DNA of 51,448 nt from Octopus bimaculoides (taxonomy: Eukaryota), in contig NC_069002.1 of assembly GCF_001194135.2 (NCBI RefSeq), positions 32,975,198-33,026,645 on the forward strand, written 5' to 3'. Numbering within the stretch: the stretch's first letter is position 1; each line of letters begins with the position of its first letter. The position numbers and the translations under genes were made by a program. The notes beneath the pieces are model-generated. The model saw nothing but the letters and a program-made list of their open reading frames with translations, searched no databases and had not been told where the DNA came from. Below are positions 1 to 11,938 of this stretch, in pieces.

Positions 1-11
1 TATATACACAC

Positions 12-150
12 TTCTTATCTGTTTGAATGGGGTTTAGAAAAGCGTCTGAAAGGATTAGAGCTTTGTTGGATTCCTGATATTCATTTCTGTCGTATTCTGG
101 CTGAGTTTCGGTGGCATCATTGTTTGTGACGGAATTCAATCTATTCTGAT
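12..150 (-). CDS. Candidate coding exon of an unidentified gene
   Basis: Acceptor ttgttttctgtcgtgtttcag ends at 151. The phase-1 frame (D)QNRLNSVTNNDATETQPEYDRNEYQESNKALILSDAFLNPIQTDKK is open to the window edge. Only a weak donor (AA|gtgtgt at 11). No homology recognised. Confidence 0.3.
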
Positions 151-521
151 CTGAAACACGACAGAAAACAAATTAAGAAACACCATAAAGCACTAATTGC
201 TCTCAGACAAAACCAGAAACCCATATGACGTAGATAAGACATAACACAAAAAATATTGTTGAACAGTTATATCATCCAAATCTTAAAAAAACAAGCACTG
301 ATGCATATAACTGTGGAGTTGTCAGAGAAATTCGTTCGTTTTTCTAGTTCTTTTCACTAATTCTTCTTATTCATTCCAATGTTATTTGTTGTAGCAAGAA
401 AAATGTTTGCCGTTAGTGGGTTTAGTGATGTTATTTAACATTCTTAACTAATTTTGTTTTTCATTTTTGAAATTTCATTAAGTTTCCATCATATGCAGCA
501 AAATAAGCAGTGAGTTTTCAT

Positions 522-584
<63 letters not shown>

Positions 585-633
585 GCTTCAAATTTTGTCA
601 CAAGGACAATAATTGTAGTAGGAGAGTTAGTAG

Positions 634-792
634 ATCGATTATATCGAGTCCTCTGCTCGATTAGTATGTATTTTATCGACCCGAAAGGGTGAATGGCAAA
701 ATCAACGTTGCTAGAATTTGAACCTAGAACGTAAAGACGGACGAAATGCTATTAAGCATTTAGTCCAAAGAGAGAGCTGATAACATTCTGCA
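634..792 (-). mobile_element. SINE family A, diverged partial copy
   Basis: Matches the family core ttatcgaccc-gaaagg-tgaa-ggcaaa...gaatttgaac-tagaacgtaaagacggacgaaat seen in many copies here. Confidence 0.75.
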
Positions 793-811
793 AAATGAAC
801 TTGTGATGGCG

Positions 812-958
812 GAAGTTAAATCGATCCCAGTACGTAACTGGTACTTAATTTATCGACCCCGAAAGGATGAAAGGCAAAGTCCACCTCGGTGGAATGTGAA
901 CTCAGAACGTAAAGTCGGACGAAATACCGCTAAGCATTTCGCCCGGCGTGCTACCGTT
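812..958 (-). mobile_element. SINE family A, copy lacking the first ~15 nt of the head
   Basis: Close to the family consensus; ends at ggcgtgctaccgtt, where the next copy's tail begins. Confidence 0.85.
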
Positions 959-1183
959 CCTTATTTCTTTATTGCCCACAAGGGGCTAAACATAGAGGGG
1001 ACAAACAAGGATAGACAAAGGGGTTAAGTCAATTACATCGACCCCAGTGCATAACTGGTACTGGATGTATCTACACCAAAAGGGTGACAGGAAAAGTCCA
1101 CCTCGGCGGAACGTGAACTCAGAACGTAAAGACAGACGAAATACCGTTAAGCATTTCGCCCGCCGTGCCAACCACTCTGCCAG
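959..1183 (-). mobile_element. SINE family A, near full-length, with the ccccttgtgggcaataaagaaata tail
   Basis: tRNA-like head with A-box and B-box-like segments, central core, and a tail with AATAAA. The tail is nearly identical to 48481-48545. Confidence 0.85.
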
Positions 1184-1200
1184 GTCAACAGAATGCAACC

Positions 1201-1480
1201 TCGAAGAAACACAAACTTTGCAAAAGCTTTGCAGACAGAATATTTACACTAAGATCATATAATCATGCATCACCCTTAGATATAATCAAAGGAACACTAT
1301 CCAATTCTTTGACTACATGTGAAGATTAAAACAAAAGATATTTATAGGGAACTCCCTGAAAGATGTAGACTACAAAATTGGAAATAACAGGTGCGGACTG
1401 TACATATTTTAGAAGATGAAGTCTCTCAAAATTCTTTTCTAAGCGAACTATAGCTAAGTAACGAACCAAAGATATCTAAG
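1201..1480 (+). mobile_element. Probable decayed Penelope-like element, GIY-YIG endonuclease C-terminal part
   Basis: Frameshifted translation FTLRSYNHAS...QRNTIQFFDYM*RLKQK...DYKIGNNRCGL resembles the Penelope pattern F.LRY.NH...N.T.LS.YIW.LK...Y......C.LC (from memory). Confidence 0.4.
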
Positions 1481-2069
1481 AAGTATAAAGGTTTTGAAAA
1501 GCCTTATTAAACTGGAAAAGAAAGCTTTTGCCGCTTACAACCAAATATTTGCAGATATTTGATGCTTTCTCTCAGACTATTCTCGCCATTATTTCGAACA
1601 TATTTCCACTGCCTATTCTTCAATTATTTTTTATTTATATTTGTTTTCCTTCTTACATCTAACACTTTTCTGTTCTCTACTTTAATAATATATCTCCCGA
1701 CTGATGGAGGCTAATCTCACATATACTTTTATTGTTCATCATTTGATGTCTCCCGTTAACTTCAAACAAATACATCGCTATTTTTCCAGCAACTTAAATA
1801 TTACAATTAAAGAGAGATAACTCCCACACCCAAGGACGAGATATTTATGGTAATGATGGCGGACGTTTTAAACAAAAGGTCTGTTTATTTTTCATAATAG
1901 TTCTCATATAGTTTGTATTATGTGGAGATTAAGGATATTCAAAGATCGAGAACACAAAGCCAATGATAAACCTCAGGATATATTAACTGGTATCATTTAA
2001 AAAATTGACGAAAAATTAAGAAAATAAATATTCATACTAAAAATTATCACACAGGATATACACATAAAC

Positions 2070-2390
2070 ATGAGTGTGTGTGTGTGTATGTGTGTGTGTG
2101 TGTGTATGCGCGTGTATATGTCTATGTGTGAGTGTCTGTATGTATACTTACATGTGTATACATATATCGTGTATGTTTATGTTTGTATATATGCATGTGT
2201 ATGTATATATGTATCTTGTGTGTGTACGTATGTATATATACATGTATATACATATATATACACATACATACGTATAAATATATATATAATAATACAAATA
2301 ATATGTGAGTATATGCATATATATATATATATATAGGTATATATATCTTGTGTCTGTATGTATATGTACACGTGTGCGTATATATATCGT
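2070..2390. repeat. Compound (TG)n/(TA)n microsatellite
   Basis: Directly visible. Confidence 0.9.
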
Positions 2391-3555
2391 TCCGTAATAT
2401 TTATTGAAATAGAATTACCCGGTCTTCTTCCCATCATATAACATATAATATTTTTTAAATTCTTCCTAATAAATGGATGCGGGAAAATATATATTCTTTA
2501 TGTGGTAAATCTCGTCTTCTCTGGGAAAATCTGTAGGGACAAAAACAAAAAATTATATACAAATAACTGAATATTTAACCATGTTATGTGTTTTTCTTTT
2601 ATTTCTTGTTCTTGTCCTGGTTTGTTTCAGCTTGATTCATAGTGGAATCGTTCAAGAGAATTATCAATAAATGGCACTATCATTCTGGCTATTTGTTCTT
2701 AATTTCTTGTTTCCGTCTGAGAGGAAGAAATTTACTACTATTGATTTCAAGTTGAAAGGAGAAATAAGATGAGAAATAAAAAAAGAAGAAAATATAACAA
2801 AAGAAAAAATATATATAAAGAAACGTTAAAAGAAAGTACATCCACCACCGAGATTATGACAATGGCGGCGACAACCGCCATGAACACCACCACCACCACC
2901 ACCACCAACACCACCGCCGACTCCACCACCAACACCACAGCCATCACGACAATCAACAACAACGACATGAAGAAAACAAGAAGATATATATATATACAAT
3001 AACAATGATGTTAATAAAAGAATGTCCAAATTAGTAGCTAGCTCAAAAACAACAACAACAACAACGACAATGACAACAAGAAGAAGAATGCTAAGACGAA
3101 GACAAACACTATGACATAGACATATACATACATACATACATATATATATANNNNNNNNNNNNNNNNNNNNNNNNNNNNNNNNNNNNNNNNNNNNNNNNNN
3201 NNNNNNNNNNNNNNNNNNNNNNNNNNNNNNNNNNNNNNNNNNNNNNNNNNNNNNNNNNNNNNNNNNNNNNNNNNNNNNNNNNNNNNNNNNNNNNNNNNNN
3301 NNNNNNNNNNNNNNNNNNNNNNNNNNNNNNNNNNNNNNNNNNNNNNNNNNNNNNNNNNNNNNNNNNNNNNNNNNNNNNNNNNNNNNNNNNNNNNNNNNNN
3401 NNNNNNNNNNNNNNNNNNNNNNNNNNNNNNNNNNNNNNNNNNNNNNNNNNNNNNNNNNNNNNNNNNNNNNNNNNNNNNNNNNNNNNNNNNNNNNNNNNNN
3501 NNNNNNNNNNNNNNNNNNNNNNNNNNNNNNNNNNNNNNNNNNNNNNNNNNNNNNN

Positions 3556-3603
<48 letters not shown>

Positions 3604-3987
3604 CCTTCGTCTGACTGTCGCTCTCTCTCTCTCACGCACTCTCTCTCTGTCTCTGTCTCTGTCTCGCTTTGTTTTACCTCTGAAACCTCCGCGGTTTAGA
3701 AGACAATAAAACTCTTTCCAAGTTAAACAAAGAAACATAAGTAATACTTCTTTCACTCATTAAAACCACTCTTACAGCTAATAGTGTTGTAGTGTTTGGC
3801 TGTCATTGTTTAGCCCTAGGTCAGCCCTGATCGACCAATAGAGTCAAAGTTCAATTAACCACGCCCATTCCATCTACTTAATATGCGCACTATATCAAAA
3901 ACTTCTTTATATAATGACTTCAAATTCCGACATAAGGTCATTAATTCTAGCCGTGTGTTCACGCGTGTGAGTGTGTATAGCGGGTTT

Positions 3988-4160
3988 TTGTCGAGTCCTT
4001 CGACCCCAGTGTACAAGTGGTACTTCATTTATCGACCCCGAAAAATTGGAAGGCAAATTTGACCTCGGCTGAATTACAACTCAGAATATAATTATGGGAA
4101 GAATTGTCGCTATGTATTTTTCGAATCCACGCCATAACGACTGTGCCAGTTCTCCTCCGT
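3988..4160 (-). mobile_element. SINE family A, diverged
   Basis: cgaccccagtgtacaagtggtacttcatttatcgaccccga...gacctcggctgaattacaactcagaa matches the core. Confidence 0.75.
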
Positions 4161-4399
4161 ATATCTTTATTCAGTAATGTGTCCTTCATTATCGATGTTT
4201 TGTTCTTTATTTTGTTTTAGTACGGGTTGACAGTCGTCTTCTCAAAGACTTCCAACCATCACAATCCATATTTCACCTTTACAAACAAATAGTTTCTAAG
4301 AAAAAAATTCGAAATCCGTCGCTAATTCTTTTCGAAATTATTCCGAAGGTGTGTTTACATAATTTTCTGAAATAGAAAACGTGTTTGAAAATAACTTTA

Positions 4400-5195
4400 A
4401 TGGACAGGATTTACATACGCAGCAGCGTTGCAAGTGGTTTCTGGACCGGAAGATGTAAAATCTGTCGGCTGAAATTCGCAGACGACATGGTACTATTCAA
4501 CCCGTCGGAAGGGTTTCTCAGACATGCACTTGATACGATTGCTATTGTGTGCTGTTGTGCAAGAGATAATCCTCGTCCTCTCAAGGAAGCCTGATAGATG
4601 CATTCTGCGTGTCAGTAAAGTTCCATGGAATCATGCGGAATAGTTAAAGTATTTCGAGGCCGTTCCAATGAATAATGGAATGCAAGAGTTTAAATTAAGT
4701 GCAAGAAATGCTGGAGGTGCTGCAGCATCAGAAGAAGGAAGGTAGATCAAAGGTCCAGACCCGCTATCGTCAACTCAGTGATTGTGCCTAACCTTACCAA
4801 TGGTCATGAATCTTGGGCAATGACCGAAGGAACATGATCGCGAATAACAGAAGACGATATGTAGTTCTTCCGAAAGGTTTTCAAGTAACGTTATACGATA
4901 GAGTACGTAGAGCCACAATTTCTTCGAATTTAAAGAACACAGCTTGTTACTACGGACATGTGGTATGGATGTCTCTGGAATGTTCCATAATCGTTGGACA
5001 GGTTTAAGAGGCAAAACCAACTGGCAGGAGACCCAGGGGTTGACCGAAACAAGATGGTTAGGTAATATTCCTTGAGCTCGGTTGATGTTGCTTGGGAATC
5101 CAGCCAGATAATTTGGACACGGCTGCTTCTGACTGGACTCGATGACGGGCGACTTTCAGGAATCTGCCCTCACGACCTTCTCACTATGAAGTGGG
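4400..5195 (+). mobile_element. RTE-clade LINE, decayed 3' part of the reverse transcriptase ORF
   Basis: CRLKFADDMVLFNPSEGFLRHALD carries the RT FADD motif. Downstream LTNGHESWAMTE, VTLYDRVR, YGHV.WM and TGRRPRG*PKTRW match RTE/Rex3-type C-terminal motifs. Many stops and frameshifts. Confidence 0.8.
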
Positions 5196-7061
5196 GAAAA
5201 AGAAAGATGAGACAAAACGTTTTCTTGGATATCAGGGACAACGACATTTTATCAAACTGACCCTATATTACCAAACATTGCTATAGTTTATAGAATTTCA
5301 TAAACAAAACTCTCAAAACAGTTTTGATGATTTAACAAATCCCCATCTCAGATTCTCGAACACATTGTTAGGGCTCTGTGGATGATTTCACAAGCCATAA
5401 TCCACAAACCGAGATCCATCAATCTCTATGAATTATGTGAGCATTATTGGTGCTGTTGCTGGTGGAGGTTCTGGTGCTGTTGTTGGTGCCGATGTTGTTA
5501 TTGGTTCTGTTGTTGATGGTATTGCTGTTGTTGTTATTCTTTTTGTTGGTTTTGCTGTAGTTCGTGATGGTATTGTTGTTAATGTCTTGTCAGTGGTCGT
5601 GATTTTGTTATTGATATCGGACTGTTTTGCTACGTATGTTATTCACGTCGTTTTTGTCGGCATTGTTGCTGTTGTTTTTTTGTTTCTTTTTTGTCATAGG
5701 TGAAGTAGATGTTGTAATGCCGATAGTCTTTCAGTTTACTTGTCTCCAGCAGCTATCAGGAAACACATTGGTTGAGGATCCAATAACAAAAAAAAAAGGA
5801 CGAGACCGTATTACGTGGTAGAAGCATCACAAGAGGAGACATTGAGACGGCGAGACAGGAAGACGATATTAGAAGATGATCGAGGATCATAGCGAAGAGG
5901 AAAAGACAAACAGACCAGAAGATGAAAAGACAAGAAGACGAAATAATAAAATGGAAACGAGACAAAAGAGATGAGACAAAGAGGAAAAAAAAATCATAAC
6001 AAATGATTAAATATTTATTTTACATACTTTTATGTATATTTATACATGAATTAACTGCGTTCATATACTATATATATATNNNNNNNNNNNNNNNNNNNNN
6101 NNNNNNNNNNNNNNNNNNNNNNNNNNNNNNNNNNNNNNNNNNNNNNNNNNNNNNNNNNNNNNNNNNNNNNNNNNNNNNNNNNNNNNNNNNNNNNNNNNNN
6201 NNNNNNNNNNNNNNNNNNNNNNNNNNNNNNNNNNNNNNNNNNNNNNNNNNNNNNNNNNNNNNNNNNNNNNNNNNNNNNNNNNNNNNNNNNNNNNNNNNNN
6301 NNNNNNNNNNNNNNNNNNNNNNNNNNNNNNNNNNNNNNNNNNNNNNNNNNNNNNNNNNNNNNNNNNNNNNNNNNNNNNNNNNNNNNNNNNNNNNNNNNNN
6401 NNNNNNNNNNNNNNNNNNNNNNNNNNNNNNNNNNNNNNNNNNNNNNNNNNNNNNNNNNNNNNNNNNNNNNNNNNNNNNNNNNNNNNNNNNNNNNNNNNNN
6501 NNNNNNNNNNNNNNNNNNNNNNNNNNNNNNNNNNNNNNNNNNNNNNNNNNNNNNNNNNNNNNNNNNNNNNNNNNNNNNNNNNNNNNNNNNNNNNNNNNNN
6601 NNNNNNNNNNNNNNNNNNNNNNNNNNNNNNNNNNNNNNNNNNNNNNNNNNNNNNNNNNNNNNNNNNNNNNNNNNNNNNNNNNNNNNNNNNNNNNNNNNNN
6701 NNNNNNNNNNNNNNNNNNNNNNNNNNNNNNNNNNNNNNNNNNNNNNNNNNNNNNNNNNNNNNNNNNNNNNNNNNNNNNNNNNNNNNNNNNNNNNNNNNNN
6801 NNNNNNNNNNNNNNNNNNNNNNNNNNNNNNNNNNNNNNNNNNNNNNNNNNNNNNNNNNNNNNNNNNNNNNNNNNNNNNNNNNNNNNNNNNNNNNNNNNNN
6901 NNNNNNNNNNNNNNNNNNNNNNNNNNNNNNNNNNNNNNNNNNNNNNNNNNNNNNNNNNNNNNNNNNNNNNNNNNNNNNNNNNNNNNNNNNNNNNNNNNNN
7001 NNNNNNNNNNNNNNNNNNNNNNNNNNNNNNNNNNNNNNNNNNNNNNNNNNNNNNNNCGTTT

Positions 7062-7560
7062 TGCTGTTGTTCTTTATTGTTCGTTGCCGCTGACGGCGTT
7101 GTTTGTTGTGGAGGTCGCGGTGGCAGTTTGGAAGTTTTGTTAGTTGTGGACATTGATGTGGAGCTTGTGGTTGTGGTGGTGGTGGTCATGGTGGAGGTTT
7201 TTGCGGAGATTGTGTTGAAGCTTGAGGAAGTGGCGTTGTTTGTTGTAGTGGTTGCGGTGGCAGTTTGGAAGTTTTGTTAGTTGTGGACATTGATGTGGAG
7301 CTTGTTGTTGTTGTGGTGGTGGTCATGGTGGAGGTTTTTGCGGAGATTGTGTTGGAGCTTGAGATATTGGTGTTGTTGTTTGTTGTGGAGGTTGCAGTGG
7401 CAGTTTGGAAGTTATGTGGACGTTGCTGTGGAGCTTTTTGTTGTGGTGGTCATGGTGGAGGTCGTTGTGGAGATTGTGTTAGAGCTTGAGACAGTGATAG
7501 TGTTGTTTGTTGTGAATATTGAGGCGGTGGTGGTGTTGTCTGTTGCGGTGGTAGCATTAA
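7062..7560. repeat. Minisatellite, ~3.3 copies of a 137-140 bp GT-rich unit
   Basis: The anchor tggcagtttggaagtt recurs at 7121, 7258 and 7398. Confidence 0.85.
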
Positions 7561-7609
7561 CGGTTCACATATCGCGGTTCACATATCGCGACCACAGTAC
7601 ATCACGGAT

Positions 7610-7832
7610 ATATATGTTTGTGTGTCTCTGTTTGTCCCCCACCATCGCTTGACAACCCATGTTGGCGTGTTTACGTCCCCATAACTTAGCGGTTCTTCAA
7701 AAATGACCGACAGAATAAGTACTAGGCTTACAAAGAATAAGCCCTGGAGTCGATTTGTTCGACTAAAGGCACTGCTCCGGCATGGCCGCAGTGAAATGAC
7801 TGAAACCAGTAAAAGACTAAAAGAATACCGTA
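7610..7832 (+). mobile_element. SINE family B, 3' half
   Basis: gtttgtccccc...cttgacaacc...gtttacgtcccc-taacttagcggtt...aagtactaggcttacaaagaataag...catggccgcagt...gactgaaac, homologous to 46540-46715. Confidence 0.85.
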
Positions 7833-7924
7833 CTGTTTCTACTTCGCGGATTTTCTCCTATCGCTGCGGTTTTGGAACGTAAAACCCGCGATAGTCGAAC
7901 GATTACTGTAAAGCAATAAATCAC

Positions 7925-8550
7925 AATATGGCAAAATCGTAAGCACACCTGGCAAACTATTAAGCGGCATTTCTGCTGTGATTACGCTGTGAGTTCAAAT
8001 TCCGCTGAGGTCGAATTTGTCATTTATCTTTCGGGGTCGATAAAATAAGTACCAGTTTAGCACTGGGGTTGATGTGATTGACCTGTCTCTACTTCCAACA
8101 TTGCTGCTCCTCTGCTAAAATTTTAGACCGGTGTTGATACTGTGTTAAGGCGGCGAGCTAGCAGGGCGAAATTCTTAGCGGCATTTCTTTCATCTTTACG
8201 TTCTCGAGTTCAGATTCTGCCAATGCCTTTTGCCTTTTATCCGATTGAATACTGGGGTCGATGTAGTCGAATAACCATGTCCTCAAAATTGCTGGCCTTG
8301 TGCCAAAATTTGTAAACCAATATTTGTAGGTGTGTGAAAACGCGGCGAGCTGGCAGAATCGTTAGCGAACCGGGTCAAATGCTTAGCGAGCGTTTCATCC
8401 ATCTTTACGTTCTGAGATCAAACGCCGCTGAGGTTGATTTTCCTCCTTATCTTTTCGGCGACGAAAAAATAAATACCAGTTGAACTGGGGTCGATGGAAT
8501 CGAAATACCCCTACCTCTAAAATCCTGGGGTTTTTCCACAATTCGAAATC
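7925..8550 (+). mobile_element. Three tandem same-orientation SINE family A copies (~7925-8128, 8146-8322, 8341-8550)
   Basis: Each has the ggcgagctggcag-type head or a remnant, the ttacgttctgagttcaaattcc-like B-box region and the actggggtcgatg core. Confidence 0.8.
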
Positions 8551-8574
8551 ATGGTTTGTAGTTGTGTTTGTTTA

Positions 8575-8900
8575 GTAATCTATCTATCTATCTATCTATC
8601 TATTTATCCATCTATTTATCTACCTTTCAACCTACCTTCATATCTACCTGCCTACCTATCTATCTACCTACCTACCTAGCTTCATATCTATCTATCTACA
8701 TACCCACCTTCAAATCTATCTATTTATCCATTTATCTATCTACATATTCACCTACCTTCATATCTTCCTACCTACCTATCTATATACCTACCTACCTACC
8801 TTCATATCTATATATCTATGTATCTATATATCTATCTATTTATCTATCTATCTATCTGTCTACCTAAATACCTACCTATTTATCTGTCTGTCTATCTGTC
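8575..8900. repeat. (CTAT)n/(CTAC)n tetranucleotide microsatellite
   Basis: Directly visible. Confidence 0.9.
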
Positions 8901-9259
8901 TCACTGTCTGTCTTTTCTCTCTCTATATGTTTCCTGCTGTTTTTCATGCAACTATCTTTTAGATTATTTTTTAAAATCCATTGAATTTATTTTCTGTTGA
9001 CCTTATTTTTTAAGCAACAACAACAACAACAACAAACAACAAACTACAAAATAAACAAAAGACAACCGTTTTTGCCTAAAACAACAACAAAAACATCAAC
9101 TACAAAACATTTTTCTCAAAACCAGCAATAACACCAAATGTTTTAGTAAAACAACAGTTTTAGTAAAACAAGACGACGACAACAAGTTTACTAAAGGTCA
9201 TAAATCACAACTAATATACGAGATGAATGTAAACAGTCTCACATCACTCTATGACTCTC

Positions 9260-9513
9260 TCCTTCTCTCCTTCTCTCTCTCTCTCTCGCTCGTTCTCTTT
9301 CTCTCTCTTGCAATGTATCTCTTCGTTCTATGTCACACAGGTTTTCAATCTATTCGTTTCTCTCTCAATTTTTTTCCGTTTGACTTTTTCTCTGAGTCAA
9401 TCTCCACAGGACATTCAGTTTGTTTCTCGTTCTCTATCTCTCTCTCTCTATCTCTCTCTCTCTCTATCTCTGTCTCTGTATCACTCTCGTTATCTCTCTC
9501 TTTCCCTCTCTGT

Positions 9514-9548
<35 letters not shown>

Positions 9549-9650
9549 ACAGCTCCTCTTTTTATCTTACTCTATCACATTCTCCCTCTCTCTGTCTGTA
9601 TACCGTCCTCTCTACTGGTCTCTCTATTTCTCTTTGGCATTCTCTCTCTT

Positions 9651-9682
<32 letters not shown>

Positions 9683-9905
9683 TTCTTCTTCTTCTTCTTC
9701 TTCTTCTTCTTCCCCCCCTTCTTTTCTCTCGTTTATCCCCCTCTCTCTTTCTCGTTCTATGTCACGCACACTCTGTGCCTAACCATTTCTTTCTCTGTCT
9801 CTCTCTCCCCTCTGCCTTCTCTCACTCCTCTCTGCCGTCTCTCTCTCCTCTCTGCCTTCTCTCACTCCTCTCTGCCGTCTCTCTCTCCTCTCTGCCGTCT
9901 CTCTC
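9260..9905. repeat. (CT)n/(TA)n/(CTT)n low-complexity tract
   Basis: Directly visible; explains the long Leu/Ser/Phe-rich ORFs. Confidence 0.9.
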
Positions 9906-9908
9906 TCT

Positions 9909-10203
9909 GTTGTTGGCACTCCGTCGCTTACGACGTCGAGGGTTCCAGTTGATCCAATCAACGGAACAGCCCGCTCGTGAAATTAATGTGCAAGTGGCTG
10001 AGCACTCCACAGACACGTGTACCCTTAACATAGTTCTCGGGGATAATCAGCGTGACACAGAGTGACAAGGCTGACCCTTTGAATTACAGGTACAACAGAA
10101 ACAGGAAGTAAGAGAGAGAGAAAGTTGTGGTGAAAGAGTACAGCAGGGTTCACCACTATCCTCTGCCGGAGCCTCGTGGAGCTTTAGGTGTTTTCGCTCA
10201 ATA
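9909..10203 (-). mobile_element. SINE family C, 3' two-thirds; the head probably lies in the gap
   Basis: Reverse complement of 18250-18552 (ggcactccgtcg, gaaattaatgtgcaagtgg, gacacgtgtacccttaac, gacaaggctgaccctttgaatt). Confidence 0.9.
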
Positions 10204-10580
10204 NNNNNNNNNNNNNNNNNNNNNNNNNNNNNNNNNNNNNNNNNNNNNNNNNNNNNNNNNNNNNNNNNNNNNNNNNNNNNNNNNNNNNNNNNNNNNNNNN
10301 NNNNNNNNNNNNNNNNNNNNNNNNNNNNNNNNNNNNNNNNNNNNNNNNNNNNNNNNNNNNNNNNNNNNNNNNNNNNNNNNNNNNNNNNNNNNNNNNNNNN
10401 NNNNNNNNNNNNNNNNNNNNNNNNNNNNNNNNNNNNNNNNNNNNNNNNNNNNNNNNNNNNNATGTATATAACACTGCTTCTCTTTCTATATTCTTGATAG
10501 AAAGAATAACAAAAAAAAAGAAAGAGACCTCGATATTATGTAAATAGAGGAATTTATCTGTAAAAATATGTGACACTTAC

Positions 10581-10660
10581 TCGGTAGCCATGATAAAACT
10601 CAGAGTTTTGGATGCCAGGGTGGGAGCCCACGCCAACATCTCAAGATCCGACCCCGGCAT
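10581..10660 (-). CDS. Candidate 80-nt exon of an unidentified gene
   Basis: Canonical acceptor ttccgtgtttcag and donor GA|gtaagt around a GC-richer island. The phase-0 frame MPGSDLEMLAWAPTLASKTLSFIMAT is open. No homology recognised. Confidence 0.45.
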
Positions 10661-11322
10661 CTGAAACACGGAACTTTATCATGCCTAACGAATAAGTCTC
10701 ACACATACCCACTCATCCACACACACACACACACACATACACACACACACACCCATCCACACACATATATATATATATATATATACACACGAGTGTGAGT
10801 GTGTATGTATACATATAAGTAACCAGGCAGATAGAGTGAGAGGAGAACAGGTGAGATTATATGAAGGTATGAAATCTTTGCGGATATACCATACACAGCT
10901 CCAAGTTTACCCTTCCAATATATTGTGATGCTGTTCAGTATTTCATGAAATGTTTTCTTTTTTTCTTCATCCGTTTTCTTTAGATCTGATCGGGGAACAG
11001 CAAACTAAATATACATATTAAGTATGCAACATATTAGATTTCTTAGCGAAAGAATCTAATTTATTATACGTAGGTAAGCATATTTAACCTCGCCGCAACG
11101 TTACGGCGAACTCTGCAAGCAAAAAGGAGAAACCTTGTTGAAAGCAAACATGATGGACGAGGTTTCGAATGTGTTTCGTTGTGTTCTTTCAATGAAAATT
11201 TCAATATGTGATACCATATCTCGAAGATATTACATGATATTTACATTCCCATAGGACAAGGTGCTTCATAGAATCAAGAATTTATTAGATATATTGCGAC
11301 ACTCCTTACGGTGTTTTTATAT

Positions 11323-11354
<32 letters not shown>

Positions 11355-11405
11355 GTGTGTGTGTACGTAAAAACATGCTTCCATATATGTGTGTGCATAT
11401 ATATA

Positions 11406-11499
<94 letters not shown>

Positions 11500-11860
11500 N
11501 NNNNNNNNNNNNNNNNNNNNNNNNNNNNNNNNNNNNNNNNNNNNNNNNNNNNNNNNNNNNNNNNNNNNNNNNNNNNNNNNNNNNNNNNNNNNNNNNNNNN
11601 NNNNNNNNNNNNNNNNNNNNNNNNNNNNNNNNNNNNNNNNNNNNNNNNNNNNNNNNNNNNNNNNNNNNNNNNNNNNNNNNNNNNNNNNNNNNNNNNNNNN
11701 NNNNNNNNNNNNNNNNNNNNNNNNNNNNNNNNNNNNNNNNNNNNNNNNNNNNNNNNNNNNNNNNNNNNNNNNNNNNNNNNNNNNNNNNNNNNNNNNNNNN
11801 NNNNNNNNNNNNNNNNNNNNNNNNNNNNNNNNNNNNNNNNNNNNNNNNNNNNNNNNNNNN

Positions 11861-11938
<78 letters not shown>

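Noticed and set aside
7062-7560. CRISPR-like or mucin-coding array
   Set aside because: No constant repeat with unique spacers, eukaryotic context, and unit lengths break the reading frame.
10984-11075. Plus-strand segment with a strong acceptor and AG|gtaagc donor
   Set aside because: Closed in all frames and AT-rich.
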